A stretch of 63,653 bases of DNA, counting the filler, from Octopus bimaculoides (lineage: Eukaryota): the NCBI RefSeq assembly GCF_001194135.2. It is 7 parts of 7 records of this genome, joined end to end, with 100 filler letters (N's around TTAATTAATTAA, not from the genome) between each part and the next. Parts side by side here need not be neighbours in the genome. Positions count along the whole stretch, not along the records: positions 1 to 21,578 come from NC_068983.1; 6 more parts are not named here. The stretch is one strand, 5' to 3'. The notes below the pieces were generated by a model. It saw only the letters and a program-made list of their open reading frames with translations, made no database searches and was not told the DNA's origin. A program made the position numbers and the translations under genes. The first letter of the stretch is position 1. Every line of letters starts with the position of its first letter. Of this stretch, positions 1 through 13,599 are shown in pieces.

Positions 1-353
1 TTCTCTAAAAGAAATGGAAAAACTTTCAAAATACAAAGACCTGGAAATAGAGGTAACTCGAATGTGGAATCTAAAAACAGAAACAATTCCTATCATAGTA
101 GGTGCCTTAGGTATAATAAAAAAAATATTCAGACAACTACATAATAAAAACACCAGGACTTACAAATATATATAACATACAGAAAAATGCACTACTGGGT
201 ACTGCACACATTCTACGCAAAACACTTTCAATACAGTAAACATAAGAGCACCACAGCAATCCACAGCACATACCCAAGGCGCACAGAGCTGCGCTCGGTG
301 GTGAAGTGAAAGCACGTTATAAAAATAAAACTTCTGAACAATAATAATAATAA
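1..353 (+). mobile_element. 3' end of RLE-type (R4/Dong-like) non-LTR retrotransposon with (TAA)n tail
   Basis: Translates SLKEMEKLSKYKDLEIEVTRMWNLKTETIPIIVGALGIIKK / ...NIQKNALLGTAHILRKTLSIQ* (stop 237-239), the restriction-like endonuclease C-terminus, then a 3'UTR and AATAATAATAA. About 96% identical to 39280-39597. Confidence 0.9.
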
Positions 354-2768
354 CATAAAATGTATTGAACTATTCTTTGTAAAGAATTTTTGACAGGGTC
401 TCGTGGTACGTGGTTCGTTTTACAGTATTGGCAAGTATTTGTATACAATGTATAGAGAATGAGTCATGTTATGACATCGGAGTGAGTTTGCAAAGAATAT
501 TTGATGCTGGTCATTTGCCATAGTACCAAAATGTGTCTGTATAGAATGCATAGTGCACAATTGTGTCAATTTATGGACGCTGTTTATATAGATGACACAG
601 TGTGACATTTAAGCTTTAGCGTTGGCTTTTATTGCATGTAATGTAGGTTGTATTATAGTATTGTCATGTAATTGCATATTTTTTGTGATATATTTTATTA
701 ATAGAAATGAGTGTAGAAACTCTACTTGGCAATGTATTATTGGTTATAATCAAGATTGTGTAAAATATAGCGTATTATCTCTGAGTTTCTCAGTATTTGT
801 GTGTTCATGTTCTTTTTACCAGTTTTCATAGCAATAGTTATTACTCTCCCTAAAGAAGCATCTTACATATTCTACCTCATTTTTTATAGATCTAACTAAA
901 ACATCCGATAGTGTCAACAGAAATGCTGTCTGGATAGGACCAACAGATTAATTAGTGCACTTGATGACATGCTAAATGTCGTCATGTCCTTTCCTGCAGG
1001 AATCAAAGCATCATTTTTATCAGGTCAACCTAAAGTTGTTTTGATGTATCGAAAGGCACAATATAATAGGGACTTCTCATGGCCAAAATCACCTTCGCAA
1101 TTTTCTTTGGTGTTAAGATACACAAAGGTTATCGTGGTTCAGGTTTTCAATTCCAATTCACTATCTGTGGTGGCAACGATACTTGATTTCTTCTGTTAAA
1201 AACTTGCAACAATTTACAAAAGGTTATAAGTATTTGACAATTCTAAATTTATTATGCATGTGTATAAATATGTACATGAACGTGTGTGTATACATATATG
1301 TATGTGTATGCATGTATATATGAATATATGTCTTCACATAAATATATATATGCATATACGTATATATGGCTGTTATGTGTGCATATGAAGATAAATTGTT
1401 AGCGCTGCTGATGATGTGATTCTTCTAACACAAAAATGTACTTCCATAATTAAATGCAATTTAGAATCATGATGGTTATCGCACACCTACCTTCAGACGT
1501 CAAAGAAATATTGATTGTTTGGTTGGCTTCATATACTCGCGAGTAACTAAGTAAATTATCGTAGAAAAGCACGTGCAATTTCACCTTGAGTATTTCTAGA
1601 TATAATTTGATGTCTAAGTTTTATTATCTTTCCTCGCATCTTGCTTCAATTTCCAGTATTTAATGCTATTCTGCTATTCTCTTGGAGAGGTTTTAAAAGT
1701 TTCAGATAAAATTCGGAAATTGGTTTAAAAATTCATTAGTAGCATATAATAGCAGAGAGAGCGTATGTATTTTTTAAAATTATGTTTAAAGTAATTGAGA
1801 AATCGAGGATGAATACGTGCAACCGATATCAAGACCCCAGATGCATATCATTTACAAAGGAGTTAGTAGTATTGAGTATGAGTATTTAAACTAACAATGA
1901 TATATGTAACCTTAAAAAGCACATTAAATACTTTACATATTATACGTATCTGATGTGATATCATATAGTCATTTCTCAGATTTGTAATAAGTGCAAAATA
2001 TACATGAACCTGTGTTGTTGGAGGCAAGTATAATTAAAATGATAAGAATATAATTGAAAGTGTGTTGATGTGTGAGTCTGTATCAAGACATATTTCTGGC
2101 GCTTATAGATCAATATATTGGAGGCAGGTGAGTATATGCCAAGGTATGTAGGAGCAATTAGATTATAGTTTAAATAATGTAACTAAATAAAGTAATATGT
2201 TCGACAATACAGTTGATTTTATCAACCCTGTGTTTCACAATATCGTACTTGAAATTACGTAACTAAAATCGATCGCTTCATGAACTCAACTGTAATGGTT
2301 AAATGCACAAATGTTTTAGTGAAGCTATTCCACGATAGTGTAGACACGAGGTCGCACATACTATCACTTATTCAGTATTGATCCAGAAATCATAAATCGT
2401 GAAGTAGTCTCAGTTGGGGTACTAATTTATTTTGAAGAACACTTCTTAAAATTGTTAATTATGTGTTCTATTTATTCAATCATTTTCACATTCTGAAATC
2501 ATTGTCAATGTTACGGCTATCAGGTTCATGCTAGTATTGTTTAGTGTATTTTCCATCCTTTTCTTGGTGTAGGTGTACTTGACGTTGTGCGCAGTCGTTC
2601 TCTTTGATTTTTACTCACTTTCAGTTCATTTCATGCAACCGATTTTTCGAACTCAACCTTTTAGGTACTAATTATTGCTTGAACCACGACGTAATGATTA
2701 TGAGAAGAAATCCTGGTCACTAAGCCACCTACCTCCATTTCTTTTTTCCAATAGTATTGGGAATTCCT

Positions 2769-2970
2769 AAGGCGGTGAGCTATTAGAATCATTAACACGC
2801 CGAGTTAGATGATTAGCGGCATTTCGTCCGTACTTACGTTCTGAGTTCAAATTCCACTTACAACTTCATCCTTTTAGGGTCGATAATATAAGTACCAGTT
2901 GAACACAGGGTCGATGTAATCGATTTACCCACTTCGTCCGAAATTGCAGACCTTGAGCTAAAATTTGAAA
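2769..2970 (+). mobile_element. tRNA-headed SINE with Nin/Deu-like central domain (family C)
   Basis: Head ggcggtgagct..., B-box gagttcaaattcc, core ttcatccttttagggtcgataatataagtaccag; many homologous copies in the window. Confidence 0.8.
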
Positions 2971-4499
2971 TCAGTATTACTGACAATTCCGTAAATTTAA
3001 TTGTCTGCCTCACTCATGACTATTTCGACATGAAAACTTTTGATGTGAGAAAGCAGTTGAATGTTTTATGATTAGGTTTGTTCGACAATGTGATTTTCTA
3101 TTATCTCATCTAATTTTGCTAGACATCGACATCGTTTCTGACAGAACTTACAATATCTCAGATCAAGAATGCAACTTGCAGATGATTGAAGAATTGTAAT
3201 TATCACTAATCGTTCAGTTAGCTGGTTGCTCCAATTCAATTTGTTTCCACTAAGTGAGCATCAAACCCTTACTTGAACTACAGACTAAAAGCTGACTTTA
3301 AGAATATTCAAGGTATATAAGAATCATTAACGGAAAATCTCGAGATTTCAATGATTGAATTATTTCACAATGATAATATGATTTGTTTCAATATTCATGC
3401 AATTGATATAGACATTTGAAAATATAATTTGAATTCAGTTTCTTGATATACAAAAGAATCAATCTTTATTATTTCTTATAAGTAACTGCTGGCGGCTACA
3501 CGATGTCTGAAGACTTGAGTAAGAAGTTTAATGCAAAATATCGGATATACTAAGAAAAGCTCACGATGAATTGCTACAAACTCGATATATTATGTTAACA
3601 CCGTCTTCTGTGAAAATACAATTAAGCGTAAAATAAAAAAAAAAAGATATTTCAATAATAGTCAAATATTTTATTGATTTACAACCTGTAGACAGTTTTG
3701 AATGGATTTAATGAATTTATTGATGTTGCAAATATATATATAGTTACATCTATATGAATATGTATAAATATCTGCGTCTGTGTGTCTGTGTGTGTTTGTG
3801 TGTGTGTTTGCGTTGGAATTTACTCCACGCGAGTTTATGTAACCAATGCTAAAACCATTTAGAGAAATAAGTAGGTATTTCTTGTTAATAATATGGACTG
3901 ATCCTGTCATATGATAATGTATTGTCTTTATTACTATTAGTAGCATTAAGACGATGAACTGGCAAAATCGATTGCAAACCAGGCAAAATGTACTCGGATC
4001 GATAAAATCGACTAACTCTCTCCACGAAAATGCCAGTCTTTGTGGCCATGGTAGAAAGGGTTATAATTAGCATTTGGGCACACGAGCCAGTGAAAATGAT
4101 AAAATGATTAGCGACATTTCGCCCATTTTCACGCACTGAGTCAAATACCATAGTAGTAGACTTTGGCTTTCAACCTTCGCGGTCGATAAAATAAGTACTC
4201 GTTGATGTCATCGATTGTCCCCCACGTCCCAAATTTCAGGCCTAGAGCTTGTGTTTTTAAGTTGTTTAGCTTCACCTCAGTCTTTAGTCACCATGTCTGT
4301 TATTAGAGGCATTCGAGATGCACAGAGTTCCTTTAGTTTTCGTACAAAAACTTATGATATATTTTTTATGAAGTTTCAAATATGGGAGTTAGAAAGGTAG
4401 ATATGTTAAATAATTGCTTGAAATTTGGTTTGTAATATTTATGGGAGCTACTATTGTGTTTTGAAGTACAAGAATATCAAATTAGTCGTTTATATTTAA

Positions 4500-5220
4500 G
4501 TCGATGATTTTGTTTATTGTCAGCATTAACTTAAGTGCGGTGTAGTTGTGTTTTTCTATGTTAGTTATAGTGTTGTTTAAGAGGAGATGATGATTTTCCC
4601 GATGAATTCGAAGGGGTATGGTGTTGTCCAATATATTATTATCGTTTTCACCAGTTTGGTTTTGTTCTTTTACTCTTGTTCAAATGGATTAATGCTTTAT
4701 TTTCCGTAGCTAATGTGCTTGATATTATTGAACTAGTTATTTTCTTATACGAAGGGAAGTATGTTTAGCTGGTAGGCATGTAGAAGTTTTAAATCTAAAA
4801 TTCAAGATGTTTTTCGTCTTTATTATTCCGTTTGGAAGCTCTGTTGAGCTCATGTGTTAACGTCAAGTATATTTCCAAGTTTATGAGGAGGAAATTACTT
4901 TCAATCATGGCTTCTTGGGCGTTTCTTAGAAATCTACTATAGCACCTTATAATTTTAAGGGTTTATACCTATTAGTTGCAATTTCGAAGTGGGTGACAAA
5001 TTGATTGGCCAATTAGGAGATTACACATGACAACTCTTCATAGTGCCATTATGGATGAGAAGTAAGTAGGTGTGGTTTCCCCAGAATCTGTAGAGATGAC
5101 TTTGACGAAGAAACTAAAGTATAGTTTACAGTTTAGAAGTTAATAGAAATTGAAAGCCAGTCCGAAATACGGAGGCATAATGAAGGTTTTGGATGATAAA
5201 TCCTCGGGGTTTCTGCAGTT
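4500..5220 (-). mobile_element. Highly degraded Penelope-like RT/linker relic (tentative)
   Basis: Frameshifted motifs loosely matching marine-invertebrate PLE RTs (M..CNLLIG, NFLDLK, IIYWTTPY..IGK); many stops. Confidence 0.25.
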
Positions 5221-7559
5221 CTACTATACTCGTCCAATCTGTGATTTTATTCTTACGATTTCAGAATGTATTTTTTTTTCCTATTGAATAAACATGTGCC
5301 ACAACGTAGCTTTCCTAAGTTGAGTGCTTCAGTAAATAATCACATAATCATGTGTCCATTCGTGATCATATGTGTGGGTGTATGTGTGTGCGTGCGTGTG
5401 CGAGCATGTGCGTGCGCGTTTGTGTGCATATATATGTGTGCATACATAAGCACTTTTGCATTTCGTTTTGTTATTTGATACAATCTATATTTCTGGAATA
5501 AGTTTCATTACTACCAAGGCATCATGTGTGCAGATATTTCCAGTTATATGTGTCTGGCAGATAAATTACGTGTATGCTTATCGAACACGTCCACTCTCTT
5601 GTCGAAGTTTTCTTAGACGTCTTATCAACACTATTTATCACATCATTGTCGCCATCCATGTGGCAGTAAATTAATATATTTTTGTCTTGATATTATTCCC
5701 GTCTTGAAGCTTGAGCGGGAAAGAGTATATAATTTAAGTCATCAAAATATTACAGTGAAACACTGATTGACTCCTAGGAAAATAAGAAAGCTGCTAAAGA
5801 TAGTAATTTATTATACATCGATATAATAAGTGACTTGCGTATATACGTATCTGTTTTCATTGTAACATTTATACATAGTATTTTTGAATAAAAACATCTA
5901 AAAGTTCTTCTTTTCAAACAAATATTTCAATTACTATTTTGCGTGAGAATAATCTCTTGATATTAGTGACCGAAATATTTTGATATTCAAATTAATTTCT
6001 AATTATCAATATGTCAACAATGACTTTTCGTGGATTATTTAAAGCTGTTGACTCATAGAATTCAGAAAAAGCGTTAGTAAAAGAAGATAGCAACGGTTAA
6101 TCGGAAGGCAAATCTTCAGAAATAATCTGGTATTTTATTTCAGTTTTTGTCTGAAAAAATTTAAACTAAACATTTATTGACTAGCTTCGTTTAACTTTTT
6201 CAAGTTCGCTTATGAATCCAAATTTAAGCGTATCTATAATCGAAATACCGAATGTGCATATTTTCTTCATTTTGTTCTTAAATTTTCATTTCCATTGATT
6301 TTGAACAAAATGCACACTGAATCTAATTGCCAATACTACTTGACGTTTTTGTCACATACAACTATATCACGCTTGGTGTATTTCATATGTCATTCAGTCA
6401 TTATTACACCCGCTTCCATATTGATCACTCTTCATTATTACCCCTGTTTGTATATTTATCATCCGCATATTTTTACGTTTATATTACAACAAACTTTTCT
6501 GCGAATAGCATTATATATATAATTTCGTTCGAACACCATGCTATATGGGATGGTTATGTGGAGTTAGAGTATGAGATGTCTACGAAAGAAATTGATCACA
6601 ACTAAGTTTCGAATACATATTGTATTTTTAAGTAAGCCATCATTATTTTGTCCTCTTGTAGTATCTTGTAGCTATACATGTTTCTGTGAAAACAAACATA
6701 ACGTTCGACGTTTGACGTAATAAAATAATTTCTGCTAACTGTTTTTTCTAAGGTTGTATTGTTATTGCTAATAAGCACGAGGGCAGCATTCTGGCAGCAA
6801 ATGCAGGAAAGAAAACAGTTCTAAATAGAACCATTTTAAAATTGTCTGTGTAAGCGAAAGGTAATTAAGCTAAATGACTAGAAAATAAGATTAATAAGAT
6901 GGAGAAATATCTCGCTGGGAGTTATTGAAACAAAAAATCTTCTAATAAATCTCTCTACTTAATTTAATAGCAACGATGGAGACACGAGTATTTAAAATCT
7001 TCTCAAATATCATCGAAAAAGTTCTCTTTACCTCTGGGTTTTGAAGAAAAAAATTCAGCTAGTTTAACACTTTAGAATACTTGATACCGTATCAATGTCC
7101 GGGATAATTATAAATATAAAAGCGTATCCACAAGCCTTACGCAATAATGGAATTTGAAACTGTAATCTTGGTTTAGGTTTTCTTAATATACCTAATAGTT
7201 TTATTAATAAAATACGTGTAGCATGACGTGAGTGAATTATTGTTGAGGCTCGCCACTTGTGTTATATGTACATAGATACGTGATGGTTGCAAACTCGTGT
7301 TCGAATATTGCCATCGTCTGATCGAAAGTCCCACATATGTGAAGGCTACGACCAGCTAGTTTTGTGATAAGTCTTCCTTTTTTTCAAGCGATTATTGTGC
7401 ATGATATTTTTTAGAGTGGGGAAAGTATTTGCATAAATTTAATCCGACTGTCTGAACATGGGGAATATAAACTCGAAAACAAGAACTAGTCTACATCATC
7501 GAATATTGTCAGTGTCGCAGGTTTTCTCTTAGTGTTACCCTCTTCTAGAGAGATATTGT

Positions 7560-7826
7560 GACAATAACAGAGGGGCCTGGACACCAATCCGCATATTTCC
7601 ATAGCCCCGTGCATACACATGCACACATATTTTGAGATAGCCATTGACTGCTCATGAGCTCATCCGCCCTTTGATCAGGTCTTATCCCCCCCCACGCAGG
7701 GTGTCGATCAATCACCCGCCTCACCAGGCAAACTTGACGATGCTGCTAGTCTAGTCGCCGACGACTCGACCATGCAACAGGTTGTACTGGGTTACATATT
7801 ACCAGTAGCGCCTGACAGCGACCTGA
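7560..7826 (-). mobile_element. GC-rich segment resembling an RTE-LINE 5'UTR
   Basis: GC-rich island starting right after a (TATG)n tract on the minus strand (GGTCGCTGTCAGG...AGCAGTCAATGGCTATC); no ORF. Family assignment is by resemblance only. Confidence 0.35.
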
Positions 7827-7930
7827 CATACATACATACATACATGCATACATGCATACATACATACATACATACATACATACAAACATACATACATACA
7901 TACATACATACATACATACATACATACATA
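7827..7930 (+). repeat. (TACA)n microsatellite
   Basis: Direct reading. Confidence 0.95.
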
Positions 7931-8149
7931 AATAAATACATATTACCTTTTACTTCTTTCTGTCATTTGACTGCAACCATGCTTGAAGAATCTTTAGTTG
8001 ACTGAACCAATCCCAGTAACACTTTGGAAATGCCAGCGTAATTTCAGTGCCTGTTATTCTTTAAATGTAACAGAATTCCTTTAATGATTAACTGACACGG
8101 AAATTTCGCTGGCATTTCAAAAGTTTTACATAAATATTATCAGTATGTT

Positions 8150-8700
8150 GCGGAAAAACATCTCCGTTTCAAATAAATATTTCTTCAGCCACCTATTGTA
8201 AACCTTAGAGTGAATAAGAATATAAGAGAACTCTTAATCTCTACTTCTGACTCCAAGAAAACTAACATTGGAGTTTCTACACGCTGTACTCTTAAAATCA
8301 GCCGTAAGAGAGATAAGCCTTGTTCTTTGTGCAATGACGAGTCAAATGAATTCCATCAAGAATCATAACAGAAATATTATGATTTACACGGATGGTGGGA
8401 TGTGTAGAGATTCCGATTTGTTGTACTCGGGAAAATGCACGAAACACAACTTGGTTTATGTTGGTTGAACAATTTTAACAAAAGATTCAATGAGCACAGA
8501 TATGACGTCAGGCACAATAACAGCAGTTCGACAGAACTTGCCGAACATTTTGTATCAAACGGCTGCAGTTTTGAAAAAGACATGAAAATGCATATTCTCA
8601 GAAAATATTTTGAATCTGCTACACTTTCAATACTCAAGATGCATGGGGAGATATATTTTTGCGAGTTATTAACATCACGCCTTTGAGGAATAAATAAAAT
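8150..8700 (+). mobile_element. Penelope-like element linker + GIY-YIG endonuclease relic
   Basis: IFLQPPIVNLRVNKNIRELLIST linker, then CTKHNLVYVG / KRFNEHRYDVRHN..ELAEHF, the PLE GIY-YIG motifs; frameshifted. Confidence 0.8.
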
Positions 8701-9054
8701 GACAGGAGAATTTCATCAAATTTACGCAAGACTGTTTGATTAAATATTCTTCTTTTCCCTTTCTTGTCTTTTTCTCGCTTTTTCTTTTCTTTTTTTTGCC
8801 AGTTGGAAACTTGAAAATTGAAAACGGATGACGTCATTCCGTTAACGTGGAGACGCTGGTTGCCCTTGTTCATATTTTGGATTTAAATTTCTCTAATTTT
8901 CATTTTTATGTTTCACTTTTCATTTTAAACTCGACAAAGGCAGGCTAGCTGTCGAAATATCGTTCATCCAATAAAATATATATTGCAATCGCTCGCATCG
9001 CGCTCTCCATATTGTCGATTTGCCTTTGTGTAGAGTTACAGCAATCCTTTTAAA

Positions 9055-9095
9055 ATTATTATTATTTTTATTATTATTTTTATTATTATTATTAT

Positions 9096-9131
<36 letters not shown>

Positions 9132-9143
9132 CAGTAGTAGTAG
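9055..9143 (+). repeat. (TTA)n/(TAG)n compound microsatellite
   Basis: Direct reading. Confidence 0.95.
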
Positions 9144-9299
9144 TTCGGAGGCATGCGCTGGAAGAGCACGTCACCGCACCCTGGATTTGTTGGAGAGAAT
9201 CTCCTCCTGATGAATGACACCATTGTACCGTTCAGACGACAAGGTTCCAGCTCATTATTCTGTTTGAGTAGTCGTTGTATGTGAGAGTTTCACGGGGTT

Positions 9300-9520
9300 G
9301 GAGTTAAAATCTTATCACAATCTCTTTTAGTCGCTTTTACGACATATAGGGGAATCATTGGGTGTATTCTTTGACATTCCGGTCCTCACGCAGCACTAGA
9401 GCAACGTGAAATGAAGTGCTTTGCTCAAGAACACAATACATCATCCTGTCAGCGAATTGAACCCACAATCTGGCGATCATGTGTGCAACATTATAACCCT
9501 CTGGGCCACGTATGTTCACT
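9300..9520 (-). mobile_element. tRNA-headed CORE-like SINE (family A head)
   Basis: Reverse complement gives an A-box, the B-box gggttcaattc and the core tgttcttgagcaaagcacttcatttcacgttgctc. Confidence 0.75.
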
Positions 9521-11699
9521 TACTTCTCAATCCGAACAAATTCGAAACAATTCTCCCTTATGCATCTATGTTCTCTGCAGGTTTGCTCTTGCTATAATAT
9601 AGATCACACATTAAAAACAATCGAACAGATGTCATTTCAGTATGCGAAGCTCAGTTACAGCTCCTAATTCCAGAGTTTGTGCCTACATTATATGCCACTA
9701 ACTCAAACAAAAAGCCGGATATTATTCAACACATTATTCGAACTAAGGAAGAACACTGGTTTTAAGAGCATACAGAAACGGCCCAGATATTAATATTTTT
9801 GAATTGAGGGAGCAATAAGATGCTACCTCTATTTCTAAATAACATTATTAATTATTCTAACAGCAGGAATTAATATACAGCAGTAGGCTCTGTTTTCTAA
9901 CTAGGTTTTAAAATATTTTGCTAAAATAGACATGAACTTACATTTTACCGCAAATTTTTGGCGTCGTAGTCGATTTAATGAAGGATCTTAACTGTTTTTG
10001 CTTGAGCTGCTGAGCATAGTAACTAAATCTCGCGCAAATTACACCATGTAGTCATAATTAAGGAAAAGGCACAGTGAGTAATGTAATACAGTCTAATACG
10101 AAATTGTATCTACGTATACGGAATGCCTTTGTTGATATCTCTACCTAACTTCAGTTATCTGAAATTAAACAATACCATTTTATGAAATCTAAATCATCAC
10201 AAAAGGCTAGAGAGCTGTGGTTACACAGTTAATCAATACTTAGAAATTAACATCTAATATTTGCAATGCTGTGTATTTATAGACAACACATGAGAATTAA
10301 ACGTATTTAAAAATAATACAACAAATTCCGAGAAGAAATAGTACTTGGAAAAATATCTGGGAAACAAGTGGAATATATAATTGTGGTATTTAATGAAATT
10401 TCACAGCGACACGGATTCAGAAGAGGCGAAAGTAACTACAGAAAACTAGTCCATTTCTAAAATGAATGGCAGCCAGTTGATAGGTCAACTTCGTGACAAG
10501 CTGTCAGGTTGAAAAGGCCAGTAAGTTAAGTGAGACGCTATGCTGACGGTACACTGATATTTAGGTTCAAAAGAATTACGAATGCGTTTCAGAATATCAT
10601 ATGTACATTCTACTTCCTTCTTATTTATTTTGTCAGCATTATTAATGAACACCATTTCTTTACATTTCTACATTTGTGTTGAAACATCATTATACTGTCT
10701 GGACGTATTTAGTTAGAAACACTGTCAGGAGGCCTTTTTGATGAATATGTTCATCAAGATGAAAATTCCTGTCATTAAAAGATGGCAACATATCACGAGA
10801 TATAAAATGGAACGAAAAACACAGTTTGAACGCGATATTGCCATTTTAGCCAGCAATGTTATATTGACAATAGCATTGTACTAAATATAAATGAATGGTT
10901 TTAAATAGAAATCTCTCGTTATATTGTTTCAGATCAAATAGTTTATATTTGTACAGAAGAGAAGTTTGATAGAGCTAAGACGATTAAAGGCTCTAGCGCC
11001 CATTTCTTCTACTTTTAGAAACCAAATAGCTAAATATTTATGCTAAGTCTCAAGATGGCATATTGCGTCGAGCTTATCTTATTAATTCATCCGAAATTGT
11101 GAATAACGTTCCGTTTTCTGTAAAAAATTGTATTTAGCATTTACGACTTGAAGAATTAAAATGATTTTACAAAATATAATTATATTTAAAAAAACGTCCG
11201 TCTGGAGTAGATTGTAATATTTTTTCTATGAGTCAGATCTAAATTTGATTTTATACAAACTACAGAAACTACGGTATTTCTGCTTGTGAAACAAACACCA
11301 GCGAAAATTTACACACTAAAACGTTTTCGTTTTCTTAAGCAAATGTACAATTCCAGGCGCCTTATTTGTTCTGTGTTAATCAGCCTATTGCTGTCATCCT
11401 TGTTACTATTCTTATTGTCATATTTAGTGTTGTTTATTCATTTGCTATACATACATATATGTATTTATGTATGTGAGAATAAATGTAAGCGTATAGTTCA
11501 CCGTCACTTATGTGATGTTATTTTTATTGGCAGTGGTATTGGTAAATATAGTCAGTCTTTATGGTTCGTCTATTCGGCATTAGAAACGATAATTATGAAT
11601 GATTACACAAACCCAGGCACAGAAACATACAAACACCTAAGCACATGCATATAAAGTTATACATATTCATATATATGTACGTGCATCAAAATCACTGAA

Positions 11700-12620
11700 C
11701 CAAAAACAGAAACGGAGAGCCCGACTCTTTTTGCACGGGTCTAATGCATGACTGCAAGCAACTGTGACAGCAAAATAATGAAAACAGGCCCTTACACAAA
11801 ATGCAGAATGTTTAACCGGCACAGTGAGGCAGTTGACCACATTATCCTGACTGCCCAGGCCTAGGCAAATATGAATAAATATACAGACATTACCAAGTAA
11901 GTAGTTATATCGACTGAGCAATGCGCCAAAAATACAACGTAAAACTGACTACGAAATCAAAGGTAATCGCCCAGATATAAGCCTTAAGGATTGGGAAAGC
12001 ACCTGCTTGGTCATTCTTTTCTGTCTTTTGGTCAGTCCTTTCTGACCAAAATATTGCCCCCCCCCCAAAAAAAAAGAAAAGCGTAGAATTTGTCAAAATA
12101 CTATTATCCCGAAATCGAAGTATTGGAGTGAGGGGGCATGAAGGAGATTACAATACCAGTAATAGCTGGGAAAGCGAGTGTGATGAAAAAGATATGTATG
12201 AACAAAATCGTAGAAGCTATAACTGGACACCCAACACTGCACACCATCCACAAAAATAGCCCTGCTAGAAACAGCCCACATTCTATCCAAGACATTAACA
12301 ATTCAATAATACAATCCAAATAAAAGAAACCATAACGACAAGACTCATTCAGAACAGTAAATATCCAATAAAATAACGCCCACAAAAAACTGCACTCAAT
12401 CGGTCGGAGAGCAAGAACAAAATTCGCATTCAACACGCAGCAAACATTACAAGCACTAATAGCACAATACAAACATAAATACCTCAAAATGCTATAAAAC
12501 GTACTGATGTTATACAATACTAGGAACAGTTTGTATCTCACCCCATAAAGAGTTTGTATCCCACCTCAATGCTGCACACACCCCAGCATCACGGACGTGT
12601 AGCAGGTGATGTAGTAGAAA
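11700..12620 (+). mobile_element. RLE-LINE 3' fragment (copy 1 of cluster) with 3'UTR
   Basis: ETES..FA..KIMKTG..KCRM..H.EAVDHII.DCP (CCHC finger), TDYEIKGNRPDI, ITIPVIAG..IHKIALLETAHILSKTLTIQ*; degraded, with an internal deletion. Confidence 0.8.
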
Positions 12621-12739
12621 TTTACCTAAGATTAGTGAAAATGTAGGGAACTTAAACTGAACGAAAGCCGTAGATCGAACACAATTTAAGAAAGACCAAA
12701 GAGAGTAGATGAAGAAAATTAGGCAGTACAAAAAAATGT

Positions 12740-13460
12740 ACAGTCAGTTCTTGAAGAATAAAGATGAGATTGATTGGAATAGAACCTGACAATGGCTACA
12801 GAAAGGAGACTTAAAAGTGCCCACTGTGGTATTAATGTGTAGCGCTCAAAAACAAGCTATCAGAACAAACTAGTCTAAATATCACATTGGCGAGCACTGA
12901 CTCGCCACAGTGTAGGATGTCCTCTGAGAAGGGAGAAGGGATAAGCCATATTGTTAGTGAGTGCTGTAAGTTCGCACAACGTGTACAGAAAAGGAGACAC
13001 GACAATATGGCTTGATATATCCACTGGCTGTTGTGCGGTAAAGCAAATCTCGTGAGTGCAGAACGATGGTATGAACACAAGCCAGAGGGAGTAACAAACA
13101 TTACAAAATTCCCTGGGATTTTAATATGCAGTGCAACCAAGTCATAGAGGTGAGATGATCAGATATCGTGCACATCCAGGCGAATCGAGGGTGAAATGTA
13201 AGGAAACCAAAACATATTAAGAAATACCAGCCAGGTACGTTATTGGGCATGAGGAGAGTAATGGTGATACCAGTGGTAATTGGAGCATTAGGAGGAGTCT
13301 CCAAAGGCTTTGAAAAACATATTAAGAATATTGAAGCTGCTGCCAGGCTCGAGATGATCCAGAAGACAGCATTGTTGGTTACAGCTCGCATTCTAAGGAG
13401 AGCATTGCCTCTTGGAGCCACAGGAGAAGGCACTACTTGAAAACATTGCTGATTTGTTAT
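12740..13460 (+). mobile_element. RLE-LINE 3' fragment (copy 2 of cluster)
   Basis: WLQKGDLK..SAQKQAIRTN, CRM..GEGISHIVSEC, RRHDN, WYEHKPE, WDFNMQC, VIPVVIGALG..IQKTALLVTARILRRAL. Confidence 0.88.
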
Positions 13461-13599
13461 GCTTGCTTTCACGTAAAGAATAAGCGGTAATTAAGAACTA
13501 TCTAAAAGTCTTTTAGAACAGCAACAGCAACAACGACACCAACAATAATAATACCGTTGTTCGGCTATCACGAGAGCTAAATGAGAGAAAAGAAAGACA

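Noticed and set aside
1400-1445. CTGATGA motifs here and at 9206, 19514, 25865(-), 57733, 59305
   Set aside because: None is followed by a hairpin plus GAAA and NUH with a pairing stem I.
1980-2133. Strong CAG|GTGAGT donor with an upstream tttctcAG acceptor
   Set aside because: All three frames between them contain stops; there is no other support.
6595-6635. Minus-strand AATAC-loop-GTATT-CGAAAC resembling an HHR 3' half
   Set aside because: The 5' core reads CTTAAAA, too decayed to support.
8160-8195. Minus-strand CTGAAGA..GAAA
   Set aside because: No valid stem II, stem III or NUH site; it lies antisense within the Penelope linker coding relic.
8823-8843. Palindromic CRE (TGACGTCA) in a short hairpin
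   Set aside because: It lies in TE-derived sequence after the Penelope relic; there is no evidence of a promoter.
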